Origin: Massalongia carnosa
Lineage: Eukaryota
Assembly: GCA_965645245.1 (NCBI GenBank)
Contig: OZ287071.1
Coordinates: 992,001 to 1,056,000, forward strand
Reading direction: 5' to 3'
DNA length: 64,000 nucleotides
The translations under genes and the position numbers were made by a program. Of this stretch, positions 50,253 to 63,034 are shown in pieces. The notes under the pieces were generated by a model, which ran no database searches, was not told the DNA's origin, and worked only from the letters and a program-made list of their open reading frames with translations. Within the stretch, counting starts at the first letter, position 1, and each line of letters opens with the position of its first letter.

Positions 50253-51573
50253 TTTCAGCCATTGACTTGGGACCAACTCAAGAGTCTCGAGTCAACACGG
50301 TAGCTCGACATGATCTCGCACCAGCCATAGGATGTACAGGGTGGGAGGCGTTCAGACAGGGACTCGCTACTTTTGGGATCGTGAGTGAATGTGTTTTAGC
50401 ATGACAGCGTACTGGTCATCAACGCATTGTATCGAGATTTCCAACCGCTTTCGAAAGTGGGTGAAGCTCGAGCGAATGATGTCAAAGGCGTGTAACTATG
50501 TCCATTACGGGTTAGATTCGTCAAGGCACGGGAGTACTCAAGATACTCGGCGCGCGGTATTATGTATACTGTATCCCGACCGTTCTGCAGGGAATTCCGT
50601 GAGGGTCCTAACAAGGCTTTCCTGATGACTACAATAGTACGGAGTACAGAGAGTATTCTTCCTCATCCTCTCTGTGTAGGGAAAGAGTAAATAAGTCCTC
50701 TGTAGATGGTCCATCATCTTCATGACGCCATCTAAGATATCCTTAGGTACCTGTTTCTTGTGCAAGCGTAACGGCCGTTTATCCAACTTGGTTCCAGGCA
50801 CGCAAACGTTCCCAGGGTTTTCCGCACTCTGTACTGATATTCCGCATTGCAAGCGTATTCTGCAGAATTGTGGCAGTTAGGGTAAGCTGGAGCTGAATCG
50901 GGAATAGAGAATATAGGGGAATGGAGGGGGAATGATCGGGAAGCTGGATTTGCAGTGATTATGTAATACCCGCTTATATTGATTGACGTTTACACCTCGC
51001 TATACCCTGTAAGTCTGTATTGTACTCTGTACTCTGCAACTAAAACCCTAAAACCAAGATTTGGTTTAGCGTCCCAACCCCCCGCCATCGTCTGCGAACA
51101 CTTAACCAGCCTTTCGGATCATCAACGTCTGATAAAAGGGAAGCACAACAACTACTCTAGATATCCTCGTACAGACAGTGTCCTAGTCCTCCGTCCTTGA
51201 GTCATTGAATCAGCGACATAGTCAAGTGAAGCTTCGCATCCCGACAGGTCAGTGAGCCCGCTCGCCCTTCCCCGTGATGGCAGCTCTAACCTTGGTTCGG
51301 ACAGCACATAGTGGACGTTCCCCCGAGACATTATACAAAACGACTGCGTGCAGAGAGCTTCTCGAAGCTCAGCAGTACATTCACCCGACTATTGTGCATC
51401 TTCCGAGCACGAATTGGTGTAATTACCCCCCTGTTACATCCAGGCCAAGCATAATCACAATCACTATCACCACCTCATCGACGCTCGCTGCCAGCATCTC
51501 GCAATCCATTGCCGGCATCGGCGTTACATGCACCCAATCTATTTCGAAAAATTCTGACCTCAAAGCCCGCAAA

Positions 51574-52376
51574 CATGGTTGCTGGAATCTTCTTTACGTT
51601 CTGGCGCATCATGCAAATCACCACGCTGATACCGACACTTGGCATGCTGGTTCGTGATGCAGACCATCCCGTGTTGAGTTACAGCTGCTAACAAAATGGA
51701 AAAGTCATATTTTGTGCATCAGTACCAAAAGGCAAATCGCCTCACGCCGAATGACGTCTTGTGAGTCTTTTCCCTTCCTTCCGCTACATCCTACAATCCG
51801 CTAACCCTTCCGCCTCAGAGTCCTCTTCATAACCTCCGTTCTCGCCGCAATCTGGGCCATTGCCACCCTCCTCCGGCGCAAATCCACCCGGCGCTCCGCC
51901 CTCTTCGTCTCCTTTATAGACCTTTGCTTCGTCGGCGCCTTGATCGCATCCGTGTACGAGCTCCGCGCCGCCGCCAAGAAAGACTGTACCAATCTCAGCG
52001 CCGACTCCTCTGCCTTCTACTTCACCGTGAACTCGAACGGGGTGAGCGGCGATTCAGGGCTGAACTTTCACGTCAACAAGGAGTGTGCGATGCTGAAGGC
52101 ATGTTTTGCATTTGGCATCATGAACATTATTTTCTTCGCCATCACCAGCTTCTTGCTACTTTTCATGAAGCGGACCGATGATCGGGAAGTGGTGGTCAAG
52201 GAGACGTATCGACGGAGGAGCCATGAATCGAGGTTGGTCCACTCCCTGCTTTTGGCTGCTCGAGCTCGAGAACCCCGCTATTAACAGAAATGCGTTGCCA
52301 CAGACGCGGCCATTCCCGCAGCGCCTCAGGCCACCACCGCAGCTCGCGAGAAAGCCGACGGCCCTACCAAGTCTAA
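51574..52376 (+). CDS. Four-TM MARVEL-type membrane protein, 4 exons
   Basis: Spliced sequence MVAGIFFTFWRIMQITTLIPTLGML|SYFVH....N.LTP..VL|VLFITSVLA..WAI.TL...FIDLCFVGALIA.VYELR...C...CAMLKACFAFGIMNIIFF, with an Arg/His/Ser tail. Confidence 0.85.
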
Positions 52377-54108
52377 GCTCCTCGATCCACTCATCAACTG
52401 CCTGACCCCATATCTTGTCCGCTGGTCCGAAGCCAACGAACAAAGAATTCAACTTCGATGTCTACCCATTTCATACCTCTATATTCCACAGCTAGCCCTC
52501 CCCAACCCCTTTATTCCCGACCTAGTGCAAAGTTTCTCACCATGTTCTTTCTACCACTTTACCATTATATTTTTCATGTATTCAACCTTTTCCCCCCCCA
52601 AATCCCGATTTCTGTTTTTCTCCTTTCTCGACGACTTTAGCGACCCTCTTGACGTAAGCGAGACGAAAGCGTTCCTTTTTTTTTCCGGGTGTTTTCTTGC
52701 CGTGGACACGAGAGAAGGAAAGGAGGCTGGATGGAATAAATGGGATGGGATGGGTTTGGATAGATGGGAGGACAAGGCGTTGAGCGGTGTTGCCAGAAAC
52801 TCAATCAACTCTTGTCCAGCCCAGTTCCCCCGCCCCCCCGGTCCAACTTGAATTTAAGACCCCAAAATAAAATCAATGAACCCGTTCCCTTTCGTTTCTT
52901 ACTCTTTCTTCCTTTTCAACATCCACAACTTGTTAAAACCCCTCCCCTTTCCCCCTTCCCCGCAAAAAGCGAAAAGAAACATCTACGACGACGACGACGA
53001 GGAGAGAACAAAACGGATCAGATCTAAGACAAAGAAAGAAAGTACATCAAAAACCCAAACCGACACCCGGAACACCCAGGAAACCCCCCCCCCCCCGGAC
53101 GAAAGAAAGTGATCAGATGGATGGACAGGAGTATCCATAATCCCCAATCAAATCAGTCAAAGCAATACCATATCCGCTCCGCTTGGCTCGTTGCTTCTTT
53201 ACTCTCTCTCTCTGTACGTTTCGTCGAGATAAGTATCTAGAGTAGATGTTCCCCTTTCGCAGGAAGCGAGAAACAACAACAACAACGAACCGAAAGCTCC
53301 CAAAATACGAGAAAGAGAGGAAATCATGTACGGAAAACCCATCATATCACTAGTACCGCTACTACGTCGTCAATCAAGAAAGGGGGGGGGTGGGGGGGGG
53401 GGGTTGCTATTGATTTTCTCTCAAGTAAAGCTAGCTAGCTCCTTCCGGAGACAATGCATTGTTGTGAATACGTCCGCCCTTGGCTCTGGTCAGGAAAACA
53501 TTAACCCCCAACCCCCTACCCTCCTACCCCCCAACTGGGGTTCATCCTCCCAAATGGCACGGCATGCCTAACCGACTCCACCCGCCTCTCGCTCCAAGGC
53601 CCCCCAAAGCAAATAAAAAACCTCTCCAGCAAATTCACCACCTCCGCTTCTCGTCTTCTGCAGCGATCAAGAGCAAAAGCATAGAAACCCCCGATCCACC
53701 CACCCTTTGCCGCCCGTAGGTCTCTCTCCACTCTCACGTCCTGTCCCCTTTCCCTGCTGTAGAAAAAATAGAAAGAGAAAATATAAAAAGTGCCAAATAT
53801 CAAATATCGTAGGACCGGCCTGGGGAATCATGTGGAGGAAAAAAAATCCGCTCAACCGAAGCCCTTTTGGAGCAAAGAATAAACGATAAACAACCCCCAA
53901 ATCCCCGCCGGGGAAGGAAAAGAGGCTTAAAGTATAAACATTACTAAATTACCACCCCCGCTCACCTTTCCCGTGAAGCATCTTCCGGTGAAGGTAGGGA
54001 GGGGAATGAAAGTTCACATGCATTCTTAACTCATCGCTGATGTATTTGCTAAATCGGATGGGTTGTCTGTTCCGTGTTTTCGTGTATGACGTGTCGAAGT
54101 ATATATGA

Positions 54109-57100
54109 TTAACGGAATGCGCTTCCCTGAGCGACCATACCTGTTCGAAACGTTAGACGACGGCAAGGCCGAAGGAGTTGAGCAACTAACCTAAATCCTC
54201 TCTCAGAGTCGGAGCCGAGCTCTTTCGTTGCGGGAGTATATGGTTACCGCTCATTAACAACATCGAGCTTTCCCGCCGACGGGCCTTCGTCACGCTGTCG
54301 GAACCTAGCTTTCGGCTGACAGCTCCATATTCGGGTCCGGGCATAGTGACTGGCCCCTGCCGCCCCTGACCATGTGATGGCGCTTGAAAAGTCTGTGTTT
54401 CGTACGAAGGCTGGAGTGGAATAAAGCCAATATCAAGCCCCACGCTCGAGTCATGAAGAACCTGCTCGTAAGGGGCCCGACCAGTATTTTTGGGAAATGT
54501 TTCTTGATTGTATGATGGAGTTGGAATGTCCGAGAACATTTGGCGTCGAGGAGAGCGGATATCTTCCGGTGTCAGGGGTTCGGTTACTGAGATTTCAAAG
54601 GAGGGCGGCCCAGTCTCTTCGTACACGTCGCCAAAGATGGAATCGAACTCCGTCAAGAACATAGAGAAGACAGGGGCATGGATATTGAGGGTCGGCGAAA
54701 AGACAATGCAGACGTTACGAACACTCATTTTGTTGACATTGGAGTTGTTGACGATGCCGATGAGGAATTCGCAGAGTGAGCGAATCAGAGTCCAGTTGAC
54801 TTCGGGAAGCTTTCGCACCAGACCTTTGAAAGCAGTGATCTTCTTCGATTTTTCATCCAAATCTAAGCCCATGAATTAGTCCATACCGCAGCAACAAATC
54901 CAAGCTGTGCTTACCCAGAACGTGAAGGAAGTCCAAATGCAGCTCTCGGGTCAGCACCGATGACGGTAGCTCGCGTAGATATAGCTTCAGCAGAGACGCA
55001 ACAGCATGCACATCGTAGTAGCTTTCATCAGCCATAAAATCAAAGTCTCCCTCATTGTTGAACCGATCTCGGAGACCTTTAATTACGACGCTTGATCCGC
55101 TTAAACGGAAAATGCCCTCCTCGCTCCAAGCATCTTGAGCCTTCAGGTACTCGAGACAACGGTGAACAACCGCCGGAAGGCAGACATCACATCCACGAGG
55201 AGGGCAATATGCGACAGCCTCGGCAAGCTGCAGCCCAAAGGCGGGCCTCACATTGGATATGCGCTCATAGTATTGTTGCTGAGTCAAGCTTAGGTTAGAC
55301 TCGTTGGGGTGAACTGTGGTAGTATCCAGAGGTTGCTTGTTGTGAAAGCCCCATATGCTTCTCTTTTTATGCTCTTTGTCGGCTGCCTGCGGTGGTGCCA
55401 TGGGTTTGTTACCCCATGCACCTACGTCTTGTATTTTGGCGCCATTGGAGGGCCCCGAGATGGTCTTGGAGACGAAAGATTTTTGCGCTCCGGCTGCAGG
55501 CTGCCCGCCTACATTTGGTGGGGAGGGAGACTCGGTAAGGCGTTTATCGGAGTTCATATTTACCAACGGTGGATGCGCAGCTACTGTATCGTCGTAGCTG
55601 ACGGTTTGCATTTCATCAAAGTTGTCGGATTGTGGACTGTCAGTCAGAGATCCATCTTTTGTCGGAGATGATCTCTTTGGCGGCGCAGTGACCCTGCTGG
55701 AACCGGAGTCGGTACTGGAAATTGAAGGTTTCTTGCCCTGTTGATCGCCTGAGTAACCATCAACATAGCATAAGAGCGCATCCACCCAAGAATCTCGCTC
55801 TACGTCGCTTTCGGCGCAAAGCACATGGCGCACATGGCTGGTAGAATCCTTCCGCTTTGGTTCCATAATCAAGAAAGCGTGCCGATAGTCGCTGTCCTCG
55901 GCTCCCCGCGAAGGAGAATCCGACGAGCGATGAGGCAGCGGTTTGCCAATCTTGGCGCTGTGTAGCTTGATTGTACCCAATAGCGATCCTCCTGGCGATT
56001 CATAGTACCGTAGGATTGGTTCATCAAGCACAAAGAATCTGGCCTTCCAGCCGCCAAAATTTTTACCTCGTTTTGTCAAGTAGCCCTCTTTCAATAATCT
56101 TCCATCCGGACCAAGAGTCACCGGGGACCCAGAAGGTGAAACGGTCTCGTTTGATTCGTCGCCCAAAGGTTCCAATATCTGCGTTGAAAGATAATGACAT
56201 AAAGTCAGCGCTGCGTTATCGTCCATGGGCGTGTCCAGGATTGCTTCAAAATAGCGTTCCAAAGCTACTTTTCGAGCATCAACTTTGGCAGGAGCATGGC
56301 CGCTGAACAACGCACGCTCGGGAAGTTTGGCGCTAAAGGTGGAGAACTGCTTCAGTTGTTGGTCTAATTGGGGCAGAGAGAAAAGAGACTTCTCCACCTG
56401 CCATAGCTCTTGGGAGCCGGACCTGGCGGATACTCCGAGTATAAAAACAGGGTCTTCCTCAGAGCCTTTATTAGCCAAATAGCTGTTGCGTGAGGGCTTT
56501 AGCCGTGAAGATACGACTTTAATGAGAATGGACGGTAGGGCATTAGGAGGTATTAATAGATCAGGGTACGTTTCTGACACGAGTCCTTTGTATACCCCTT
56601 TGGATCGTGATAATTCGGGTTCTCGTAAAGTCAGTAAGGTTCTGTCGGTTTCAAGGTCAGCTTTGGAAGGTTTTACGGGCTGTGGGAAATTCATGTTAGA
56701 AATCTGTGGTGTATCTAAAGACTCTTTGGAGGGCTCAGCAGATGGGGGGGTTGGAGCGGCTATCGACATAGGAGTGTAGGGAGGAAACGGGATGGATTTT
56801 TTGGGTGCCCGCGGCGAAAGTGGCAACCCAACGAAGCCGGTTCGAGGGGAGAGGGGAGGAGACGCGATTGAAGGGCCTGCCCCGTCCCTCGGCATCCTGG
56901 GCATTGGAGAATTCAAGGGACGGTCCCCGGGGCGAGGACTCATCGGCAAACCAGGGCTCAGAGGTTGTGCCGAAAGGAGAGTGCGCGTAAGGCCTGTGTG
57001 GGGGTGAGCAGGCGGTGGAGTAAGCACGCTTGCCAGCGAGGCTGGTGCAGCTAAATAACTCGATCCTCCTCCACCAACACTCGGAGGTGCGACTGCTTTG

Positions 57101-58893
57101 ATTGCCGATGGCATTTGGGCCATGGGTGTCGGTACCGGAGGGTCAATATCCCCAGCTTTCATTTTGGCCGGCTCGGACGGGGTTTTGGACCCTTTTTCCT
57201 TTTTCGAGCGACTACGATCCTGCTTTTCTTTCAGAGCCGCAACTTGTCGCTCCTGGTCATCTTCTGCTCTTGTCTTCTTTCTCCCTCGATCGAAGGTTGG
57301 AACTGTCTCTTTCAACTCCGAGGTATCATCATATTCCGAGCCTGAATAATCTTCCGGGCCGTATCGGGAGTTCAGATGTGCTCCCTCCGACTCAGGCGAA
57401 CGAAGGTCCAAAGGTGCAGGAGGGGGCTTCCTCAGAGGAGCTGGGAACGTTTCATTGCTGCTCCCCGGTGGGCATGACTGCCCAACGGCGGGTGGAGACC
57501 CGGGGGCTGATTTCTGCCAGAGCGGTTGTGAACGCTTTGCTGTAAAGCTGCTTGGGGATATCACGGAGTTTGAAAGTTTCGTTGCTGGATCGGAAACATC
57601 GATTCCGGTGTTAAGAGAAGGCAAAGTTCGACGTGGTTCAACGTTAGCGAGAGTCACGGTATTATCAACAGGTATTGCCTTGTTCGAAGATGCAGAATCT
57701 ACCCTTGAATGTTTGGTCTCCATTCGAGCGCTGCTTTGTCCCACCTCTAATGAGACATTGCTACCTCGGCCTTTCAGTTCGGTAACTAACTCTATGTCAG
57801 CTCCTTTGAAAGCGACATTTGGCTCTTGTGGTTCATTGGCGCTGAGATCCTGGGCAACGTTTTCTTGAATCGGGAGTTCGTCATGATGATCGCTGGATGT
57901 GGGAGATTGGCTAACTACTCTCCCGGTGGAGAATGAAGCTGCGCTCGGTATGGGTCGGATTTGGGCCAGACGTTCTTTCAGCTTCCTCCGGTAACGTTCC
58001 TTATCTTTGAGCGCCCGATCTAAATCCTGGTTCAACCCGAGGAGCAGCGCTCTCTGTTTATCCACCAATTTCCACAATTGACCATTCTGCGCCGTGGAAT
58101 GCTGTTTCTCTTTGAGCAGATGCTGTATTACCGCCTCAGGAGAGCCCGCTGTGTGGATCAGGTGTGTGATGTCGGCTGAACTTGATGAGTCATGCAAGGA
58201 TTTATACGAATGCGAGGTTGCGGTAGAGATAATAGAGATGGCCGAGTCAATCGATGATGTGCGTGGCATTGATCGTGATGTTGCTCGGATCGTAGTGTCG
58301 GTGGAAGGCGACGATGTCCTTGATGAAGAGGAGCGAGGGGGAGAGTCCTGTAAAGACTGGGATTGAGGAAATGGCGATGACAGGTTCCGTAGCTGGCCGT
58401 AAGGGGGTATTTTGGGGGCTGCAGCTGCGTTGGCTTTGAGGGCTCTATCGCTTTCTACCTGGCTCGTGGGACTAGCGATACCTAAGTTATCTGTCGCTGC
58501 ATCTCCCCCTACACGATCTCGATATGCATTCGGCTGATTCGGAGCGGCAGCAAAATTCGATGGTGGCGAGCGGGGGGAGTTCGATGATTGCGATGAGTAC
58601 TGCGAGGCGCTTTCCGCCCTCGACAAAGTCGGCGACCTCGAGATGCTTGGATGGTGATTGGACGGAGAATCTGCCGTCACGGCAGATACCTGCAATGGGC
58701 TCGGGGTGGGCTTACGCTGTGTGGTGCGCATGTCGGCGGGGCGAGCGGACTGTGTGCCCGGCCGATGCCCCAGTAGATCACGGGGAGGATGATTACTCGG
58801 ATTGATTCTAGAACTCTCCAGCATGCTCGGTCGTGTATTGTTCTGTGCTGCGGGTGGTGCCTCCTGTTCGTAGATTGCTATCGACATGGCCAT
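54109..58893 (-). CDS. BEM3: Rho GTPase-activating protein with PX, PH and RhoGAP domains (Bem3-like), 3 exons
   Basis: PX-like KLPERALFSGHAPAKVDARK.ALE.YF; PH LKEGYLTKRGKNFGGWKARFFVL; RhoGAP EEGIFRLSGS, DVHAVASLLKLYLRELP and NKMSVRNVCIVFSPTL. The last exon ends ..GSAFR*. Confidence 0.88.
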
Positions 58894-60981
58894 GGACTAC
58901 CCACACGCACTTTTCCACTTTACGTACCTTCCACTATGCATCCAGTGGATAAAGCCTTGGCGAATTGAGACTTCAAGACACAGTACGTCGACCGTTGGAG
59001 AGAGACGTTCGCAGTCAGTGTGAAGAAACAGAAAGGTGCTTGTAGGAAGGGGAGGTGTTGAATAGGGCGGCAAAGCTGACAGAGTTATGAATTGAGGGCG
59101 CAGGTGGATCGCTACAGAGTAGAGAGTACAAAAAGCCCACTTCACGGACCCTGTACAATAGCCATGAAGTGAAGCAAGCGGGGGGACACTGCCACTTTGC
59201 TGGCTGCTTGATCTAGGGAATCCAGGAATGTCGATTCCGTGAGGAAGGGAAAGGAGAGGTAGAGAGGAAGAGAATGAAAGCGAGAGAGGAAGGTTGAAGG
59301 TTGAAGGTTTGAAGGTCGAGGCTAGAGAGTTGAAAATGGTGTAACCGCTTTCTCTCTCTCTTTCTCTCTCTCTCAACACAACACCCGCACACGCTTAGCT
59401 CCTTGTCCTTAAATGTACGAAATATTGCGTGAATCTGGGGGAGTAGCAGGGATATGGAGGTTCAACTCGGTGACATGTTTGCTCCCTTTTCAATGTGGCT
59501 ACTCTGCACAAAGTAGCAGAAGTGCCAAAGCGGAAGTGCCAAAGCAGAATGAATGCAGCTTAATAACCACGGGGGCAAGTCAGATGGTTTAATGATATTA
59601 ATGATATGTAATGATCGCGATATTAATAACTTTGGATTTCCATTTTCCATTTGGCCGCTTCTCATCTTGCCAAGATGATGTTTACATTTCACATGAACGA
59701 TTTTGAATTTTCCCATTTCCATTTACCTCACTTGCCTGCAGCGCCTGTGCAATGTACGCCGTACTCCATACCCCGTAAGTACTCCGTCCTGTGCTCCATC
59801 TGCGGCCCCTGAAACACATCTCCCTGGGAATTGGGATAACCAAAAGGACCAAGAATAGCCTCAAAGTCCAATCCACCGGGATCGGTTGGTGGATCGACGG
59901 GGAATTCGGTAAATTTCACCTTCAATCATGCCAATTCCCCTTGATCAAAGACTCTTCTCCAGCGTGTAGAGTACCTGCTCAACGTTTCCCCCACCATCGG
60001 GATTTACTCTGTCCAGCTGACCCAAACGATGAGATCATGCACAAAAGGTTATTTACGACTTGGAGATCAGAGGAACCAGTCGCCGGCATGGAAGCTTCTC
60101 ATCGCCGCTCCAGCTAGCCCCAGGGTTTCCACCTTCAGGAGTCGTACGCTGAAGGTGTAGCCGCAAGAAGCGGTGAGTTGATCATGCCGCGAGCAGGTGG
60201 AAGGGTTTGGTGAACGGGAGGGTGGGAAGGTAGATGATGATTGGTAGCGAAGCGGGAGATTTAGATGATAGTCGCCAGGCAGCCCCTGAATGGGAGGATG
60301 GCGAATCACCAAATGAGAAAAAGTTGGTTCCTGCAGATGACCCGCGTCCAAGCTCTTAGACCGAAAGACTCTGAGGACGGAACTCTGTGCCTGACTGCTA
60401 GTAAAGGGTAACTCCTGAAGAGGAACCTTGAACCTCGAACGCTAGATGGAAAAGGGATAGACTACAGGAGCCAACAGGAGTGTGAATAGCGTCAGCCTGA
60501 CGCCCATCTCCAGATTGGCCAGGATGGACCTCGCCCATTCTGCTTCACGTATATTTTCTTCTCCCTCTTCCTCTTCCTCTTCCTCTTCTCCATCCACCAC
60601 ACACAGTCACGCTACCTGATTGAATTCACACCTTATTCCAGCCACTCACCACGCAAAGACACAATCGACCGGCATCATCGATTCACTTCCTCCGGAACTT
60701 TGGCTTTTTTGAGTGCGGGGACCAAGACAATCAGCGGAGGAAGCGGGCGCAGTCGGTACTCGTAACCACCTTCGCCACTAGCTAACTAAATCAATGGGAC
60801 TCTACAACATCAAGACTCCAGAGCCAAGAGTCGATGCGATCGGGGATCAGTGCTCGCTGCGCTTTGCCACATACATGGCTGTGCAACAACAATCTCCCGT
60901 CTGCATCACGTGTTAGTTAACTTAGGTGCGCACTGCGCAGACCCTGACTCGACGTGGCCCCAGTCTTTCTCGTCGACGTAT

Positions 60982-61009
60982 CAACTGCAACTGCAACTGC
61001 AACTGCAAC
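60982..61009. repeat. (CAACTG)x4.7 microsatellite
   Basis: Read directly. Confidence 0.9.
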
Positions 61010-61380
61010 GGTAAAGTTTCATGCTATATGATACAGTATCGAGATTTCGAAACAGTTCTGCACGTAGGCAGGCGAGCAGGGCAAAGGGGCATGAAAAACT
61101 TGCCGCCTACTAGAATATCCAAATTAAGATAACAAAAAAATAATCTCTGTAGCATAGCGTTGGCGAGAAAGCGCGTCAGTTCTTTCGATGTATCATTTTG
61201 CGCCTCCGGTTCCTGAGGAACCAAAGTGGTTCGATTCACCACCTACGTACTTCGGCGCTTCCTCAGGAAATCACCCAAAAAATAATAAAATAAAAATCAT
61301 AATTTGAAACCTTGATGAATTGCCATTAATATCCTCAACGTTTAGTTATCATCGTCTCATCCATCGTTATATCTCCCAAA

Positions 61381-62166
61381 TCACGCAACTACAATCCTTC
61401 TCTCCCTCCTTGCCACCTTCGGCACCTCAATCCTCAATACCCCATCCCTCAACTCGGCCCGAACTCCCCCCCGATCCACTTCCATGGCAAACTTAAACCG
61501 CCGCACGAAATCCCCCGTCGCCCGCTCGGTCAGTAAATACCGATACTTCTCCCTCTCGGCTATCTTCTGCGTCTCCTCCGCCCGCAACTTCTTCTCTTCC
61601 TCTTCCTCTTCCTTTCCGACGATCGCTTCGCCGGCAACAGTCGTAGCAGGCGTATCGACAACCTCTCCTTCGCTCTCGGCGCCCGCATCGACGTAATCGT
61701 CCTCCACGGTCGCTTTCCGATACCCGCGCTTCTCCACCTCATGGCTTTCTACAACCGTAGCCAAAGACTGAGACTCCGAATCCGACTCCTTCTCCTTCTC
61801 GCCGCTCCCGGCCTCAGACACCGTAGTGCTAACGGTAGTGGTATTGTCCGTCATCGACAATTTGGTCGTTCCACGCTCGACCCGCGCTCGAATCACCAAC
61901 GTACTCGCGTCCGCGAATTCAACCGACACATCTTCTCGCGTGAATCCCGGCAGCTCGCCCTGGAGTTCGAACGCATCCACTCGTTCACGCACGTCAAAGC
62001 GAAGTGCACCGCGGGGGGAGCTGGGCGCCTGGCAGCGCTGGAAAGGCTGGCCGGGGCGGCAGAAGGAAATGGAACTTGATGACAAGGGGAGAAGGGAAAA
62101 GGCCACGGGTGCGCATGGCACGGTGGGATTTTGGACGACTCGGGTGGTGAGGCGGTAGGTTTGCAT
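61381..62166 (-). CDS. Small heat-shock protein (HSP20/alpha-crystallin, Hsp30 type)
   Basis: RFDVRE....FELQGELPG...EDV.VEF.D..TLVI ... ERATGDFVRRFKF...VD...VRAELRDGVLRIEVPK, C-terminal I-V-V (IXI-like), and a fungal acidic insert containing KATVED. Confidence 0.92.
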   Translation of the reverse strand: MQTYRLTTRVVQNPTVPCAPVAFSLLPLSSSSISFCRPGQPFQRCQAPSSPRGALRFDVRERVDAFELQGELPGFTREDVSVEFADASTLVIRARVERGTTKLSMTDNTTTVSTTVSEAGSGEKEKESDSESQSLATVVESHEVEKRGYRKATVEDDYVDAGAESEGEVVDTPATTVAGEAIVGKEEEEEEKKLRAEETQKIAEREKYRYLLTERATGDFVRRFKFAMEVDRGGVRAELRDGVLRIEVPKVARRERRIVVA

Positions 62167-62294
62167 GGTGGAGTTTAGGTTAGCTATAAGGTGTTCTTTT
62201 TTCTGGTTTGGTTTGGTTTGATGGAGATTGTTATGTGTGCTTGTATGAAATATAGATATCAAGAAGAAATATCATCATCTCGCATTCCCATCCA

Positions 62295-62341
62295 TTTTAT
62301 ACCCTCCTCCTCATCCTCTAACCCTCTAGAACGTTCCCGTA
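62295..62341 (-). promoter_or_regulatory. TATA box (62295-62301) and heat-shock element (62324-62341) of the HSP20 gene
   Basis: Minus-strand TATAAAA; 23 bp upstream is CTC-ta-GAA-cg-TTC-cc-GTA, alternating nGAAn units with two perfect and two one-mismatch copies. Confidence 0.7.
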
Positions 62342-63034
62342 CAGTCTGCGAAGTGCTGAACAATCATCATAATCACTAAACTCCATCGCCGAAACCGAGA
62401 GATTTGGAAAGTCAGCTGGGTTAGGTTCGCTTACAAACTGAGAAAGTGAATAGGCACCCAAGAGAGGCGCGTTCATTGTATTGGGAATGAATAATTCAGG
62501 TATATGTAGTACCTCTCTATACACATATACTTATGTAAGCACTTCGCCCCCTCCATCCCAAAAAAACGCGCTAACATCTACACCAAGGTTTAGGTTCAGG
62601 CTTAGGTATGTATACACATAAGTAGGGAACCTAGTCTGGCTTCCAAGCATGACGAATGGGATGAAGTTGCATTGTTGATACCTACCTTTTTGTAGGATAT
62701 GTTATATAGTTAGGAAGGCTAGCTACCTAACCTATGATTTAATGCGGCGCGCGAATGGTAAAGGGGGTAGGTAGACTTGGTGGGGCGGGGCGGGGCTGTT
62801 TGCTTTTTTGCTTGGAGACGTAGACGGATAGTGAGACATGAATGTGCGTCCATGATCATTAGGTGGAGCTGGCTAGCTATATATAAACTACCAGAATAGA
62901 GGAAGCTCGCGGACTCAGTTGACGTTTTGAGAGATCGAAGACAGCTGCATGTAGTAAGTAGCATGCACCAAGAATACGCCCAGAACTATTGGGAAAGTGC
63001 ACAAAGATTCGTCGCCTTCATCAAGGGATACATG

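Noticed and set aside
52450..53950. Long G/C homopolymers with G-quadruplex potential (also near 31540-31660 and 47670-47720)
   Set aside because: Simple-sequence 3' intergenic DNA; nothing beyond composition supports a function.
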